A DNA stretch of 64,000 bases from Felis catus (GCF_018350175.1 NC_058369.1:26414001-26478000), one strand, 5' to 3'; numbered from the stretch's first letter, positions 49,052 to 62,010 are shown. The notes: generated by a model from the sequence alone, not told the origin. Numbers and translations are program-made.

Positions 49052-50255
49052 GAAAATGAACTTTTATTGAGTGCTGGCCATGTGCCTGCATTTGCCAAAC
49101 ATTTTTTAAAATTTTTATTTATTTACTTACTCATTCATACAGTCATTCATTCATTCATTCATTCATTCATTTAGTAATCTCCGCACTCAATGTGGGGCTC
49201 AAACTCATGACTCTAAGATCAAGAGTCACATGCTCTATCGACTGAGGCAGCCAGGTGCCCCGTCAGACATCTTATATTTGTTAACCCAGTCCTGTCAGCG
49301 ACCCATGAGGCTGGCACTATTGGAACCCTCATTTAACAGACAAGAAACTCAGAGATGTTAAATAACTTGTCCGAGGTCACCCATCTGGCAAGTGGCAGAC
49401 ATGGATCCCCCACCTGCCAATTTGAAGTCTGACTTTGTAGCTTGGACTCTTAACCAGTCATGCTGTGCCACCTGTCAAGATATCCTTAACGGGGAGAGTG
49501 AGAGAGAGGAAGAAGGAACTTCCATCCCTTGAAATGAGCCAGGCCCTGGGCTAGGCACTTTGTGTCTGGTCTCTCACATTTTAGGACCTGCCGGGCATAC
49601 GGTCAATGCTCAATGCGTGTTTCTCTCTTTCCTGCTCCTTCACTGAACTTCTTGGGCCAAGGGCAGGCATGTGAGCCCCTGTATCCCATTGGCCACTGTC
49701 TTTTCTCTGAGCTGTGAGTGGGGTAGGCCTGGATTCTTGTTCCTGGGGCCCTGTCTGCCAGATTGGTGCGGGCTGGGCTACCTGCTGTCAGGGAAGGAGA
49801 AGGAGGAAGGCCACAGGGCCTCAGCATGCTTGCAGAATGTTTCTAGCGACAGATGGGAAAACTTGAACGTGGGTGCTTTGCAAAACATCCTCTGCAGCCT
49901 CCACCAGCAAATGCTGCCAAGATAAATGTGCAGGCTCTGGTCAGGCAGACGTGGGTTCACATCTCGCTTCCACCACCTGCTGATTGTGCGCCTTTGGGAG
50001 GTGGTTTTGCCTCTCTAAATTGTGGGATTCTTCACCTGTAAAATGGAGTAATGACAGTCCTGGGGGATTAAATGAGACAATTTATATGAAGTACTTATCC
50101 TACTCCCTGGCACAGACACTGAGTATTCAAGAAGTGTAGATACCATTATCTTTGTCACAGATGTGGAAAATGTGGTCCAGCAAGTTGTCCAGGCTTGTGA
50201 CAAGTAGGGATTGTCACAGCTGGGGCTTGAATATGGGTCTGGGTACAGGATTAAC

Positions 50256-50482
50256 CTTTTTTTTTTTTTTTTTTTTTAAATTTTTTTAGTGTTTATTTTT
50301 GAAACAGAGAGACAGAGCATGTGTGGGGAAGGGCAGAGACAGAGGGAGACACAGGATCTGAAGCAGGCTCCAGGCTCTGAGCTGTCAGCAGAGAGCCCGA
50401 CGCGGGGCTCAAACCCACAGATCATGAGATCATCAGCTGAGCCAAAGTCGGACGCTTAACTGACTGAGCCACCCAGGTGCCC
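50256..50482 (-). mobile_element. CAN-SINE with TSD caggattaacctt
   Basis: TSD at 50246-50258 and 50483-50495. Confidence 0.92.
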
Positions 50483-51017
50483 CAGGATTAACCTTCTTTA
50501 CAGGGCAAGCCTGGGTCCATCCTGGGAGGGGAGCCCTAGCTCGCTTGACTGTTGCCAGGCAGCCCAGGAGAGTTGTCAGGGTCCTTCATTGGGAAATCCT
50601 GCTCATCTCTCTATGAGTCCTTTCTGAGAAGCAGGTGGGCACTCAGTGCCCTTTCTGGGTAAATGCCCCCTAATCATAAACTCAGATCATCATTTAACAG
50701 CTGAGATGAGGGCAAGTAGCCATTGGGAGGTACAGGCTTCTGTTCTGACAATGCCAGCAAAAGGGGCACTGTGAGGCAAGGTCCAGGTGGGAGCAGGGCA
50801 GCTGGGGTTTAATGGGTCTGGGGTCGGGTCAGGGACACTGAAATTGGCTACTCCTCAACCATTGGTCCGGTCCTGCAAGGGGGCAGGACTCCCATCACAA
50901 TGGTAGGTTCTAGCATGTTGGTTGGCCACTGAGACTGGTTGGCTTTGGAGGTGGGGGCATGACATGTAGGCATTCCTCATCTCAGAACTCACATCAGTCT
51001 ATGTTAGCCTGAGTCTG

Positions 51018-51193
51018 TTTTTATTTATTTTTGAGAGAGTGCAAGTTGGGGGGTGCACAGAGAGCAGGACAGAGGATCCAAAGTGGGCTCTGCTCTGATA
51101 GCAGAGAGCCCGGTGTGGGGCTTGAACTCACGAACAGTGAGATCATAACCTGAGCTGAAGTTGGATGCTCAACCGACTGAATCACCCAGGGCC
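51018..51193 (-). mobile_element. CAN-SINE
   Basis: Reverse SINE body. Confidence 0.85.
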
Positions 51194-51551
51194 TGTTTTT
51201 ATAGGTGGAGATCAGATCCCTCAAGTTCAGACAGAAGGTCTGAAAGTGAAGGTGAAAATAGGTCCTTGTATCTCATGGCAAAAGGTTAGAATGGCATAGG
51301 GGCTCTTTCTAAGAGCAAAGTCTAGCTATATTGGAGAAAAGGCAGACTTTGCTGACAGACAGCTCTGTGGGAATCTCATCTTTCCCCAGGTATTGTTTTG
51401 TGACTTTGGCAAGTCTTTTAATTTACCCTTTTAATTTACCTAAACCTTGGTTCGTTAGTCTGCAAAATAGAATGATACTGAATTGTCATGGGCGGTAACA
51501 CGCTGGCCTTCCATAAATGCAGATATCGTAACTGACACCCATTCACAACTT

Positions 51552-51776
51552 TTTTGTTCTAAGTTTATTTTTGAGAGAGAGAGAGAGTGTGTGTGTGGAT
51601 GTGTGCACGCCAGCAAGGAAGGGGCAGAGAGAGAGGGAGAGAGAGAGAATCCCAAGCAGGCTCTGCACTGTCAGTGCAGAGTTCTACACGGGGCTCAATC
51701 TCACGAACTGTGAGATCATGACCTGAGCCAAAGTCAAGAGTTGGACACTTAGCTGACTGAGCCACTCAGGCGTCCC
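51552..51776 (-). mobile_element. CAN-SINE with TSD cattcacaactt
   Basis: TSD at 51540-51551 and 51779-51790. Confidence 0.9.
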
Positions 51777-52504
51777 AGCATTCACAACTTGGTTGGTACT
51801 GTACTGTAAAGGTACTGTAAAGGTAAGCACAGACAGGGTCCTGCCCTCATGGAGCTTAGAGTGAATATAATCTCAAGTGTGGTGAGGCTGCCCCGTGAAA
51901 ACTCCTGGGTTCTGAGCGCTCCCCTGGAGTACATAATCAGGGAAGAATCAGGGAAAGAGAATCAGGGGAGGAGGGTCCCTTCACCTCCTGAGGTCTTCTT
52001 TCTGTCCCCCAGGTTCTGTATTTAGCACTGGTCTGCCACTGCAGAGGGCTCTTTCCAAACCCAGACTGGGACTTGTGATCTGGCAGGCGTGAGAGAGGGC
52101 AGCCTCCTGTGAGAATGGGTTTGCTGCTCTTGTCTCTCCATTTAGGGCAGGGTCTGATGTCAGAGCTACTGCAGCAGTGCTTTCCTTCTCTAGGATCCCC
52201 AGGACTGGGTGATGGCCTGATCTCGGCCTTCAGGGATAATCTAACTCTCTGGAAGTCCAGTGGAAGTCCAGAGAGTCGTGTGTCCGGGCCACACAGCTCC
52301 AGTGTTGGTCTTATAGGCACAAAGGCGAGTAAGGCCCAGGAGTACTGTCAAAAGCCCCAGAGGCCAAAGGAAAGCTTCTGGACCAAACTGACATCTCTGG
52401 GCCAGGGTCAAAACTGTGGAGGAAGGCAGCAGGCAGGTGAGGGGGGGTGGGGTGCTGAACCTGGGAGGAGGCTGGATGTATCGCTGTGGGAGAAGGGGTT
52501 TCCC

Positions 52505-53520
52505 ACTTATTCATTCATTCAACAAACCTTTATTGAGCACCTACTCTGTGCCCTATGCTCCATGCCCTATTTTTTAAAAAATGTTTATTTATTTATTCTG
52601 AGAGAGGGAACATGAGCATGAGCAGGAGAGGGAGAGAGAGAATCTCAAGCAGGCTGTGCACCATCAGTGCAGAACCTGATGCGGGGCTTGAACTTAGGAA
52701 CCGTGAGATCATGACCTGAACTGAAATCAAGAGTGGATGCTTAATCCACTGAGCCACCCAGGAGCCCCACCCCATACCCTATTTGGCCACGGCCTTTTCT
52801 CAAAGCCATAAGTGGGATGGGGCTGGATTCTTGTCTGTGGGGCCCATTCTGCCAGATTGGCACAGGCCGGGCCACCTTCTGTCAGGGAAAGAGGAGGAAG
52901 GATGGCCATTTGGGATGCAGCAGTAAACAAGACAGAAAAAATCTGTGGCCTCATGGAGCTGACGTTATTGCTAGGAGAGACACATAAGCTAAACAAGTAA
53001 AATATGTGTTTGATGGTGACAAATGGTGAGGAGGAAAACTCAGGCAGGGAAGGAAGGGATAGGAGGGGTGTAGGAGATGTTGAAATTCAAATGGGTTGAC
53101 CAAGGAGGACCTCATTTAGAAAGAGCATTAAATAAAAAAAAAAAGACTTGAAGACAGGGAGAAGACTGTATGACTCTCTGAGGAAAGAACACTCCTGGCT
53201 GGGGAACAGGAGGTGAAAAGGCACTGTGGTGGGGTGTGTGTGGTGGGCATGAGGAGGCCAGGCAGGCCGGGGCTACATGAGTGAGGTGGAGGGCAGAGGG
53301 AAGTAGGTCAGAGGTCACAAGGAGCTGGACAGGCAGGGCCTTCTAGATGGCAGGAGGGACTCTACTGAGGGCCAAGGGAGGGCTCTGTGCAGAGGCATGG
53401 TAAGACCTGCCTTAGATTTTAGCAGGATCATTTTGGCTGCTCTCTCGAGACTAGGCTGTAGGGGAAGGGCAGAAGCAGGGAGACCAGTAAGGAGGAGGCC
53501 ACTGCAGTAATCCAAACGTT
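52505..53520 (-). mobile_element. L2 3' end, interrupted by a CAN-SINE (52570-52767) and a non-L2 segment
   Basis: attcattcattcaacaaacctttattgagcacctact; L2 resumes at gggatgcagcagtaaacaagacag...cctcatggagct. Confidence 0.8.
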
Positions 53521-53774
53521 TTGTTTCCCACCGTGCTCCTGGCACACAGCATACTTCCTGGCACAGAGCAGGCACTCAGCAAATCCTTACTGAATGATGT
53601 GTGAATTAATGATGCCCAAATGGTGCGTGGGCTATGTGGAGAAGATATAGAAAAACAGATCTCAGGCATTGATTGCTGTTGGAGATCCTAATCTAATTGG
53701 TTTCTAATGGGAAAGAGGTATCTGGATTTTCAGTACAGTCTGTTGGTAATGCTGGGCATCGGGGCTGGCCTTCT

Positions 53775-54150
53775 GTGTCAGGAATATTCTAGCTGCAAGT
53801 AACAGAGACTGACCAACAATGGCTCAAACCAAGAGTTTTCTTTTTATTTACAGTTATATTCTGGAGGAGGATGACTGCTGGCATCGGCTTGGTCAAATGA
53901 TAGGGTCAGTGTCTCTGACATTGTCTTGGCTTTTCTCTCATTGTAGCAAGATGGCTGTTGTGGCTCCAGGCATCACATCCTCAATCAAGGCAGGAAGAAT
54001 GGAGGGGCGGGGAGGTGTTACCCATGTCTGCCTCTTTTATCAGAGAAACAAGCTTTCCCAGAAGCTCCTGTAGACTTTCTCTTAAATTTCACTGGCGCAC
54101 CTGGTCACATGTCACCCCCAGCTGCAAAGGAGGCTGGAACAGTGGGAATT
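53775..54150. mobile_element. MLT1-type (MaLR) LTR remnant
   Basis: ctagctgcaagtaacaga...caagatggctgttgtggctccaggcatcacatcctca...ggtcacatgtcacccccagctgcaaaggaggctgg; family assigned by recall. Confidence 0.7.
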
Positions 54151-54458
54151 GGGATTTACAACCTCTACAGTGGGAGGAAGCTAGGGAGAAGGGGTTGGGA
54201 CTGACCACTGGGGAGTGGACGAGGGTGTCTGCTATGGCTCCGCGGGATGACGTGGTGCTTGAGGTCCTTCTACTTCCGGGACTTTGTCTCCATGCAGCAC
54301 CTCTGGGGACTAGTGAGTGGTCTCTCAGTGGACCACTGAGAGAATCCAAGCATTCTCCCCAGAGGGGCCTACTCCACCCTAGATGCTCTGTCTTTTCTTC
54401 ATATGTCTGAACGGCACATAGACCACTGGTGGAGACTTCTTTGGGGAAAATGGTGGTC

Positions 54459-54464
54459 TTTATT
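54459..54464 (-). terminator. FAM107A: Candidate FAM107A polyadenylation signal
   Basis: AATAAA on the - strand ~1.85 kb after the stop; other candidates exist (e.g. ~54855). Confidence 0.45.
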
Positions 54465-55469
54465 TGGGGGTTTTGCTTTAGCATAGCTCTCGCCTGGCAG
54501 GCGTCTAAAATAGCATCACCATGTTCTCACTAAGACACTCACATTCAAGACCCTTTTAGAGCCCAGCTTACACACACGCAGACAGCATGTCTGTATTTAC
54601 ACTGGCCCTGGCACCCCACCCAGGAAGAAGGCTGCGTCTTTGGTCATCCTTAAACCACTCAGGTAGGAGTAAGACCAGGATGACCCCTTTCCCCCCGAAC
54701 GTCCCACTTTTGGTCCAAGAATGAAATAGGATTCCTGTGGCAGCTTTTTCCGGCAGTTTTGGGGGGGTAGGCGAAAGGAAATGCTTTTTTAGCACTGCCC
54801 TAGCACCTTAAATGATGGGTCTGCAAAGCCAGAGGCAGGGAAAAGCAGGGCTGGTTTATTCTATAAATCTTTCAGAATGGGATAGAGGCAAAAGGTTAAA
54901 ACATTTGGTCTCGTATGGGGAGGAGTTTTTAGGAAGAACGGCTGAGTTCACTGAGGCCGGTTTGGGTGGTAGAGACCACGTAGAGAGTGGGCGCAGAGGC
55001 TGGAAATGGGGACTCAAAGGAGCCAGTCTGTAAGGGTAGCAGTGGGGTCTTCAAACCACGGTTTGTATTTCCAGAAGCCCACTGGAAATCACTGTATATT
55101 TGTTCTCCATAGGCTTCAGGAAAAGGTAAAACAGAAACAATTTTTTTTTTTTTTTTTTTTTTGGCCAGAATTACACCAAAACAACGTGGTAAGAAAATGC
55201 AGATTGGCAATTATATACATCTCCAGTGACAACGACAGTTATATAACCGACACAATTTGCTAGGCAAATGTCTTCCCAGGCCTGGGGTCCCTGGAATGGG
55301 GTGGGCAATAAGGAGCCCTTGGGGCTCCACAGTCAGGGTAGGGAACCCCCAGGGCAAAGGTTCATGGCAATTGGGGGGGCAGAGGTGGCTTCAGGGATGA
55401 TGTTTCCAGTATTTACCAGCCCCTGGCTGCTCGAGCCTGCAGCCTAGGGGTCAGACCAGCAGCCTAGGA

Positions 55470-55590
55470 GCTTGTGAGACATGCAGAGTCCCAGCCCCCA
55501 CCCCATATCTACTGAGTCGGAAGCCGTATTGTAACAAGATCCCCAGTGATTTGTAGGCACAATAAAGTTTGAGAAGCACTGTTCTAGACT
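55470..55590. mobile_element. MER5-like hAT DNA transposon remnant in FAM107A 3' UTR
   Basis: atgcagagtcccagccccca...aacaagatccccagtgatt...aaagtttgagaagcactg. Confidence 0.75.
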
Positions 55591-56315
55591 TCTGGGAGCA
55601 GGAAGGCTGCAGCCCTGGTTAGATGTGGTTACAAGGCCCAGGCAGGGAGGCTGCGGAGAGGAGAAAACAAAAGCATGGGTGTGGGGGAAGCTGGCAAACT
55701 CTAAGAAGCCGTCCTGGTTAGTACTCTTGCAACCTGGCATCACATGACCCCCAAGGCCACCTTGTGGGCTACCCTGCCCTTCATCACCGAGGACAGATAC
55801 CCTTGAACCATATTCCCCTCAGCTGGCTTTCAAGGCAGGTGTTCTGAGATGCTCTACTTAGCTGCCCCACACCTGGCTGCAGGTAAAACCCCAGTCAAGG
55901 ACGTTTTCTGAGACCTGGGAGCTGGGCTGCCCAGAGAAGCAGGGCCCCATGGGGCCTGGGCAAAATGGAGGGCTGGTCAGGCCAAAGAGGTGCCTGTCTC
56001 TCCTTATTCAATTCTGCCAGAAAGATCTCCCTAGAGCTCAGAAGCCCCTTCAAGGAGAAGTGCCTTGGGAAAGTTTCCCCCGCAGTAGCTTCCTCTTGGA
56101 GCAGAAGCAGTGAGTGCTGAGAAGGAAAAGCCTGGGTCCCAGCTTTTGGTGGGCGGGAAGGAGGGCCCAGGCCCTCTGGCGCATTTTTACAAGAGCAAGC
56201 ATGAACATCGCAGAAGTCCCCAGGCTTGGGGCCAGGAATGCTAGATACAGAAGGGCTGGAGGAGGGTGTGGGGGCCAGGGGTGGGCGGCGCGGGCTGGAG
56301 TTTCAACAGCCTGCT

Positions 56316-56423
56316 CTACAGCGCTCTCTCTTCACTGGTCAGCGTGGTGATTCTCCGCAGGTTTTCCCTGACTTTGATAAATTCGGGGGCGTGTTCCTCT
56401 TCCTTTTCTGGTGGTTTTTCCAG
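56316..56423 (-). CDS. FAM107A: FAM107A last coding exon
   Basis: cag|CTGGAAAAA...[12 protein letters not shown]...TAG. Confidence 0.95.
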   Translation of the reverse strand: MEKPPEKEEEHAPEFIKVRENLRRITTLTSEERAL

Positions 56424-58841
56424 CTGAAGGAGAGAAGAAGCAGACGTGTGAAGTGAGTGGGGCTAGGGGAATTTCTGTTCCCCAAAACCAGTGTTTGGGC
56501 CAAGGATTCTCTCTGGGGAAACAGAACCGGGGATCAGTCTTGCCACCAGCCTAGTAGCTGGAGCGACAGAGCCTGAGACTGCATTCTCCCTGTGAAGCCC
56601 AGTGCAAACTGTTTGCCTCACCTGGGCCTCAGGATGCTCATCTCTAAAATGGGAATGCCACCTGGCTCACAGGCAGGTGTGAGAATGAAATCAGGATCCG
56701 GCATGCACTAGATTGGGCTGATCAAGAAACTGAGGTTCAGAGAAGGGAAGCCACTGGCTCAAAGCCACACAGCAAAGTGCATGGCAGAGTGAGGACTCAG
56801 GCCAGCGGTGGACTGCTGGTTTAGTCCTCATTTTGTCTCATCTCCTCCCTCTCACCAGTGGTGGCCACATGCAGACGTCCTCCCTGGGCCAGGAGACAGT
56901 CTTGTAGGAGGCTTGGGCCAGGGCTGGGTGCTCCCCACCCACCTGGTTCAGCCTCTGCTGCCGTCTCAGCAACTCCTGCTCAAAGGGGCACTGCAGCCGC
57001 TTGGCTTCTAGCTCTTCCTTCTTCTTCTTGATGAGCTGGTTCCGCCTGCGGTGCTCCAGGACTCGCTGCAGCTCCGGCTTGCTGTCCACGCCCAGGCCCC
57101 TGGTGCAGAGCGCGGAACTTGTCAGGAGACCTCAACTCCACACGCCCCCTGCCCCCAACCAGTCTCAGGGTTGCACCCGCTAGTGACACCAACCTATACC
57201 CTCCTGGCAGCCTGGGAGGTGGAACCATTCCTGGCCCATTATACAGAGATGGGAAATGAGGCTCCTAGAACTTAAGACACCTGTCCAAGTCACAGCCACA
57301 AAGGGGCTGAGCGATGAGCCCACAAAGGGGCACCCAGGCCTGTCTGACTGCAGAGACCAAGTTTTATATTATTTCTGGTTATGTTCTCAGGATAAGTGTT
57401 CTAGAGGTGGGATTCCTGGGTCAGACTCTTTTAAAAGATTTTGGATACACATTTCCATCTGCCTGTTAGGAAAGGTTATTCAATTTATACTCTGTCATCA
57501 GTGTCCGAGAGCATCTATCTCTCCCCACCATTACCATCTAGTCTTTTTTTATTTGAGAATCTGGTAGGCAAGAAATAATATCTGGTTTTCATTTGTGTGC
57601 CTCTGATTATTAGTTCTTTTGTGAACTAACTATACCTATATTTTGTTCATTTTACCCTTATGGATTTATAAGTAATATGTACATGTTAATTTTTTATCTG
57701 TATTTATATTGCAGGTGTTTCCTTGATCTGTCTTTAGGCTTTTAAAAAATTGTGGTGGTGTTTGTTGACATTAAAAGGGATGACTCTAAGAAAAACATCT
57801 GGAGAAAATGCACAAGATATACTAAGGAGGAAAAAAAGAATCCACGGAGGATACACACAGCTGTAAATAGAATGAAAATCATAGCCCTAGCCAATCCCAT
57901 AACAGGCCAGGAGAGGGAGCTGCAGAGACGCCGCTGCCTTCCTCCTGGTACTAGTGAGCTGGGAGGTATTTCCCAGGCCGCCTCCACATTCCCTCAGTTA
58001 CTGAGTCCTGGCCCTGCCACCTCGAGCCTGTCTCTTTCATTGCATCCCTGGCCTCCCTGCTCCACTCATGCCCCCTCTGTGGTTGTGACACCCCTGCTTG
58101 AGACCCTTTCCAGGTCAACACATCTCCTCTGACCAACCTCAAAATCTATGCTCCAAACACCCTGAGCTACTTGTGTTTCCTGTCTGTTTGCACATGCCCT
58201 TCCCTTTCCTAGGAACAGACTTCCTTCCACTAGCAGACTCCCACCTCCTAGTCTGGCTGACTCCTGCCCACCCTTCAGGCTTTAGCTGAGGCATCCTCTC
58301 CTCTCTGGGGTCACCCTGGACCTCTCCTAGTTGCCTCTTCTGAGGTTCCGGGCCCATTTATGCCCCCCTCATACCACCTGGTTATGCATAAGGGCAGGAC
58401 TGGGCTCTGGACACAGTGTCTGGCACATAGTAGGTGCTCAGTAAATATAGGTGGAGGGCAGGCATGAAGTGGGTAGCTGGGAGGGAAAGCAGGCCTTTTG
58501 GGGATTACTGGGGACTAGAACTTCACGGTTTCTGCAGTGACTGTGGGGTACCCTCTGCCCTCCTCAGCCTCTAGGAGACCCAGCACTACCATTAGCCATG
58601 TCTTCCACAAGGGGCACCTCCTCAAGCTGCAGCAGGCCCACTGGGCTGAGGCAGCCGAGCTCCGTTCCTACCTTCTGTGGTTCATGAGCAGCTCTCGGTG
58701 CAGCTCCTGGTGGCTCCGGGACGCCTTCACAGGGTTCAGCAGCTTCTTGGGCTTGATGAGCTCTGGGTTCCACTCTCTGTACTCGGGCCGGGCCATCAGG
58801 CCCCCGATGTCTGCCCGCTCCCTCTGGATCTCCGAGTACAT
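56316..58841 (-). CDS. FAM107A: FAM107A (DRR1/TU3A), actin-associated protein, 144 aa; complement(join(56316..56423,56943..57099,58672..58841))
   Basis: [144 protein letters not shown]; 435 nt; canonical splice sites. Upstream exons are probably outside the window. Confidence 0.96.
56943..57099 (-). CDS. FAM107A: FAM107A middle coding exon
   Basis: cag|GGGCCTG...AACCAG|GTGGG; coiled-coil segment with KKKK. Confidence 0.95.
58672..58841 (-). CDS. FAM107A: FAM107A first coding exon (exon starts 58846)
   Basis: cag|CGTCAATG...AGAAG|GTAGG. Confidence 0.94.
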
Positions 58842-59679
58842 TGACGCTGTAGAGACAGGCAAGGGGGCTGGTCAGAAGGGGGTCCACAGTCTCATGCATC
58901 CCCGTGGGGCACAGTTGGAGGGCAAAGGTTTCCATGCTAGATGGACTTCAGTCATCTGCTGCTGTACCGTCACGGGCAGACTACCTGACCTTCTGAGCCT
59001 TGGTGTCCTCATTTTCAAGATGGAAATAATTGAACCTAGGCACAGGGTTGTTGGAAGGATTGGAGGTGATGTTTGCAAAGCGGGCTGTAGGGGTAAAATG
59101 ATCCTGGGTTACAAAATACAGGTTGACACATGCATATGTTTTTAGCCTGACTTTGGAGAAAACAATATCCTATAAAAAGAATTAGGAGTTTCTGTTTTTC
59201 AGGGAGCTTTTATCAGAAAAAGAAAAAAAATATTTAAAAAGAGCAGTATATATTTGTTAAATTTCGATAAAGGGTAGTGATCAAAAGAACACATCGCCCC
59301 TTATTGTCCAGTTTCCCTATTCCTTCTTCCAAATTCTCTGTGGAAGTGTCCATCTGTGCACGTTCTCCAGATCAAAGAGGAGAGTATGAAATCCCAGGAT
59401 GGCTGTGTCTCTAATTACAAAGTGATGGTTGTCACCTTCAATGCAGATATCTGGTTTCTTGATGGCCTTACTTCTACCACAGCAGCTTAAAATTTGTCAG
59501 TTTACCTGAAATTCAGGCAGAGGGGCTCCCTCCTCTACAAGCTGGCTGTGTATCCTTGAAATGCCCAAAACCAAGCAAGCGTGTGTGCCTGTGTGTGCGT
59601 GTGTGTGCATGTGAGAGAGAGAGAGAGGGGGACAGAGACAGAGAGACAGAGAAAGACTTCTTAAGGAAAAGTCTCAACA

Positions 59680-59897
59680 GGGGACACCTGGGTGGCTCAG
59701 TTGGTTAAGCGATCAACTCTTGGTTTCGGCTCAGGTCATTCATTACCTCACAGTTCATGAGTTTGAGCCTCTCATCGGGCTCTGTGCTGTTAGCACAGAT
59801 CCCGCTTGGGATTCTCTCTCTCTTTCTCTCTCTGCCCCTCCCTGGCTTGTTCTCCCCTCCACCACCAAATAAATAAACTTTAAAAAGCTTAAAAAAA
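59680..59897 (+). mobile_element. CAN-SINE
   Basis: ggggacacctgggtggctcag...aaataaataaac; flanks share aaa-gtctcaa-like TSD. Confidence 0.9.
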
Positions 59898-61599
59898 TGT
59901 CTCAATGGGATGACACGTCCTGGCATGGACGTTAGCTTCTTGTAGTAATTAAAGTGAAAATTGAGGCATTGGCTCTGCTCCCTTCATGAATCCTGCTTTC
60001 CTGAGTTTGGGCCTCTACTATATGCCAAGCTCTAGTAGTGTCTGGTCTGGTACGTACTAGGTACTCAGTAAATATGTTGGTAATTGACAATTAAACTTTT
60101 GAGATTGTACAGATGAGGAAACTGAGTCTCAGAGACGTTGGTCCTGGGGACCCAGTGCCTTAAGTCATGTGGTTTTCATGTGGCAATTAAGGGGAGTGTG
60201 TTCCCTCTTCACGCACAAGGCTCAGTCCCCTCTCTTGAGGACCACCATGTTGCTTAGGGATAGACCCTCAATTCTCTCTCACTGTCCCTCCCACTGAGAA
60301 GTGGATGAAAGCCATTCTCTGGTGAGTGGGGTTTTATGGACAAACAGGAGTTCTCCAAGTGAATTAGATAGGGATGGTGGTTTGTGCATATTACCTGCCT
60401 GGAAGTAGGTAATAGCTCAGTGGGGTTGGAAAATACCGGAGGAGGGGGTTTTATAGGGTGTAAATTGCAAGGCGACATGTCTGGGAGCATAGGCATCAAA
60501 GGGGAAATTATGTTTTGCGAATGGTGGCTCGCCAGACACATGTTTGGCATTTCTATTATTACCCATTTCAGGGTGTTATTCAGAGGATTAAGTGAGACCA
60601 CGTTTGTTGCGGTGCTGTGTAAACTGGAAAAAGTGTTAATTGTTACAAGATATTTTGGAAGTAGCCAGATGAAGTGTCAGAGCATAAAAACATATCTGCT
60701 AATTTTTTTTCTTGAATTCACATTCTCAGAACTGTTTCTAAAATGAGAATGCTAATTAATTCCCCTTCTCTTTTTCATAAGGCTGTTTGTTTTCAGGTTA
60801 TATCCTTCCCAACTCTTTGGTTTTTGAAAGTTGTGGTAGTATTTGAAAGTTAGTTAAAAATAGATACTTGACAAAATAAACAGTTGGCTGTATTAACTCC
60901 CTCATCTTTTAAAAATGTGGATGTTTTCCTTTTTTTTTTTTAAGTAAACTCTGTGCCCAACGTGGGGCTTGAGCTCACGACCCCAAGATCAAGAATCGTA
61001 TGCTGTACAGACTGAGCCAGCCAGACACCCCTAAAAGATGTGGATATTTTCTCAGTCTGCGAGTTTCAGTTGTCTGGGAACTGATGCTTTAGAACACCTT
61101 GCTCCAGATTGCAATTTGAGGAGTTTTTTCCCCTTCTGCTGCCACTCCTGTTCCCAAGTCCCACCAATCCTTTATCTGAGCGGTTTTCAGCTTTACTCTT
61201 TACTTCCTGTGTCCTCAGCTCTCAGCCTATACAGGCTGTTATCACACCACACTGCTGTAGGTCCTTGACTATTCATCCTGCCTCTGTCCCTTTGTGTGCC
61301 AAGCCTTCCAGAACTCCACAATTTTCATCAGCCACACCATCTCTAAAATAACGAACTCTATTGTCTGTTACCAAAGCCATAAAGCAGGAAACAAATAAGT
61401 TGTATAACTTTAGGAAAGGAGAGGGCAAATTAATTTGCTTAAGATATCACTATTGACCCAGAATTCCCAAGTGGATTAACAGAAAAGCATTTGGAACCAA
61501 TGAGAGCATTCAATAATGTGGCCAGATACAAAGTAAGTACACAAAACCAAGAGCTCCTGCATAACAGGAATGACCAGGGAGAAAGGACACAATAAAAGC

Positions 61600-62010
61600 A
61601 TTCATTTATTCTACAATATATTTTGAGTTCCTACAATTTTCCAGGTATGGTGATAGACACTGGACACACAGGGGTGAACTAAGCAAACACCAGTTCCTGC
61701 TTTCCCAGAGTGGACATTCTATTAGGGAGGCACACAGTAAACACATACACAAACCAGTAAAAATAAATGATTGCAAATTTCCAGGAGCCCACTGAAGGAA
61801 CCAGGGGGCCTGGATAGAGACTAACAGGAAAACCCATCTTCAGTCAGGTGCACAGGGAGGGTCTCTCTGAGGAGGTGACATTTAAGATCTGAGGGTTGAG
61901 AAGAAGGAGGGGGGCTGTTTGGGGCAGAAGGAACAGCATGTGTGACTCATGTACCTTGAACAAGCTTGGTCTGTTCGGGGAACAAAAAAGCATAGTGTGT
62001 ATGGAGTGGT
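61600..62010 (-). mobile_element. L2 remnant
   Basis: cattcatttattc...gagttcctac...ctgaggaggtgacatttaag...gaacagcatgtg. Confidence 0.75.

Noticed and set aside
55561..55566. AATAAA inside the FAM107A 3' UTR region
   Set aside because: On the + strand inside a MER5-like element, the wrong strand for FAM107A.
58537..59145. 202-aa + strand ORF
   Set aside because: Antisense shadow of the FAM107A coding exon extending into a MIR; no independent support.
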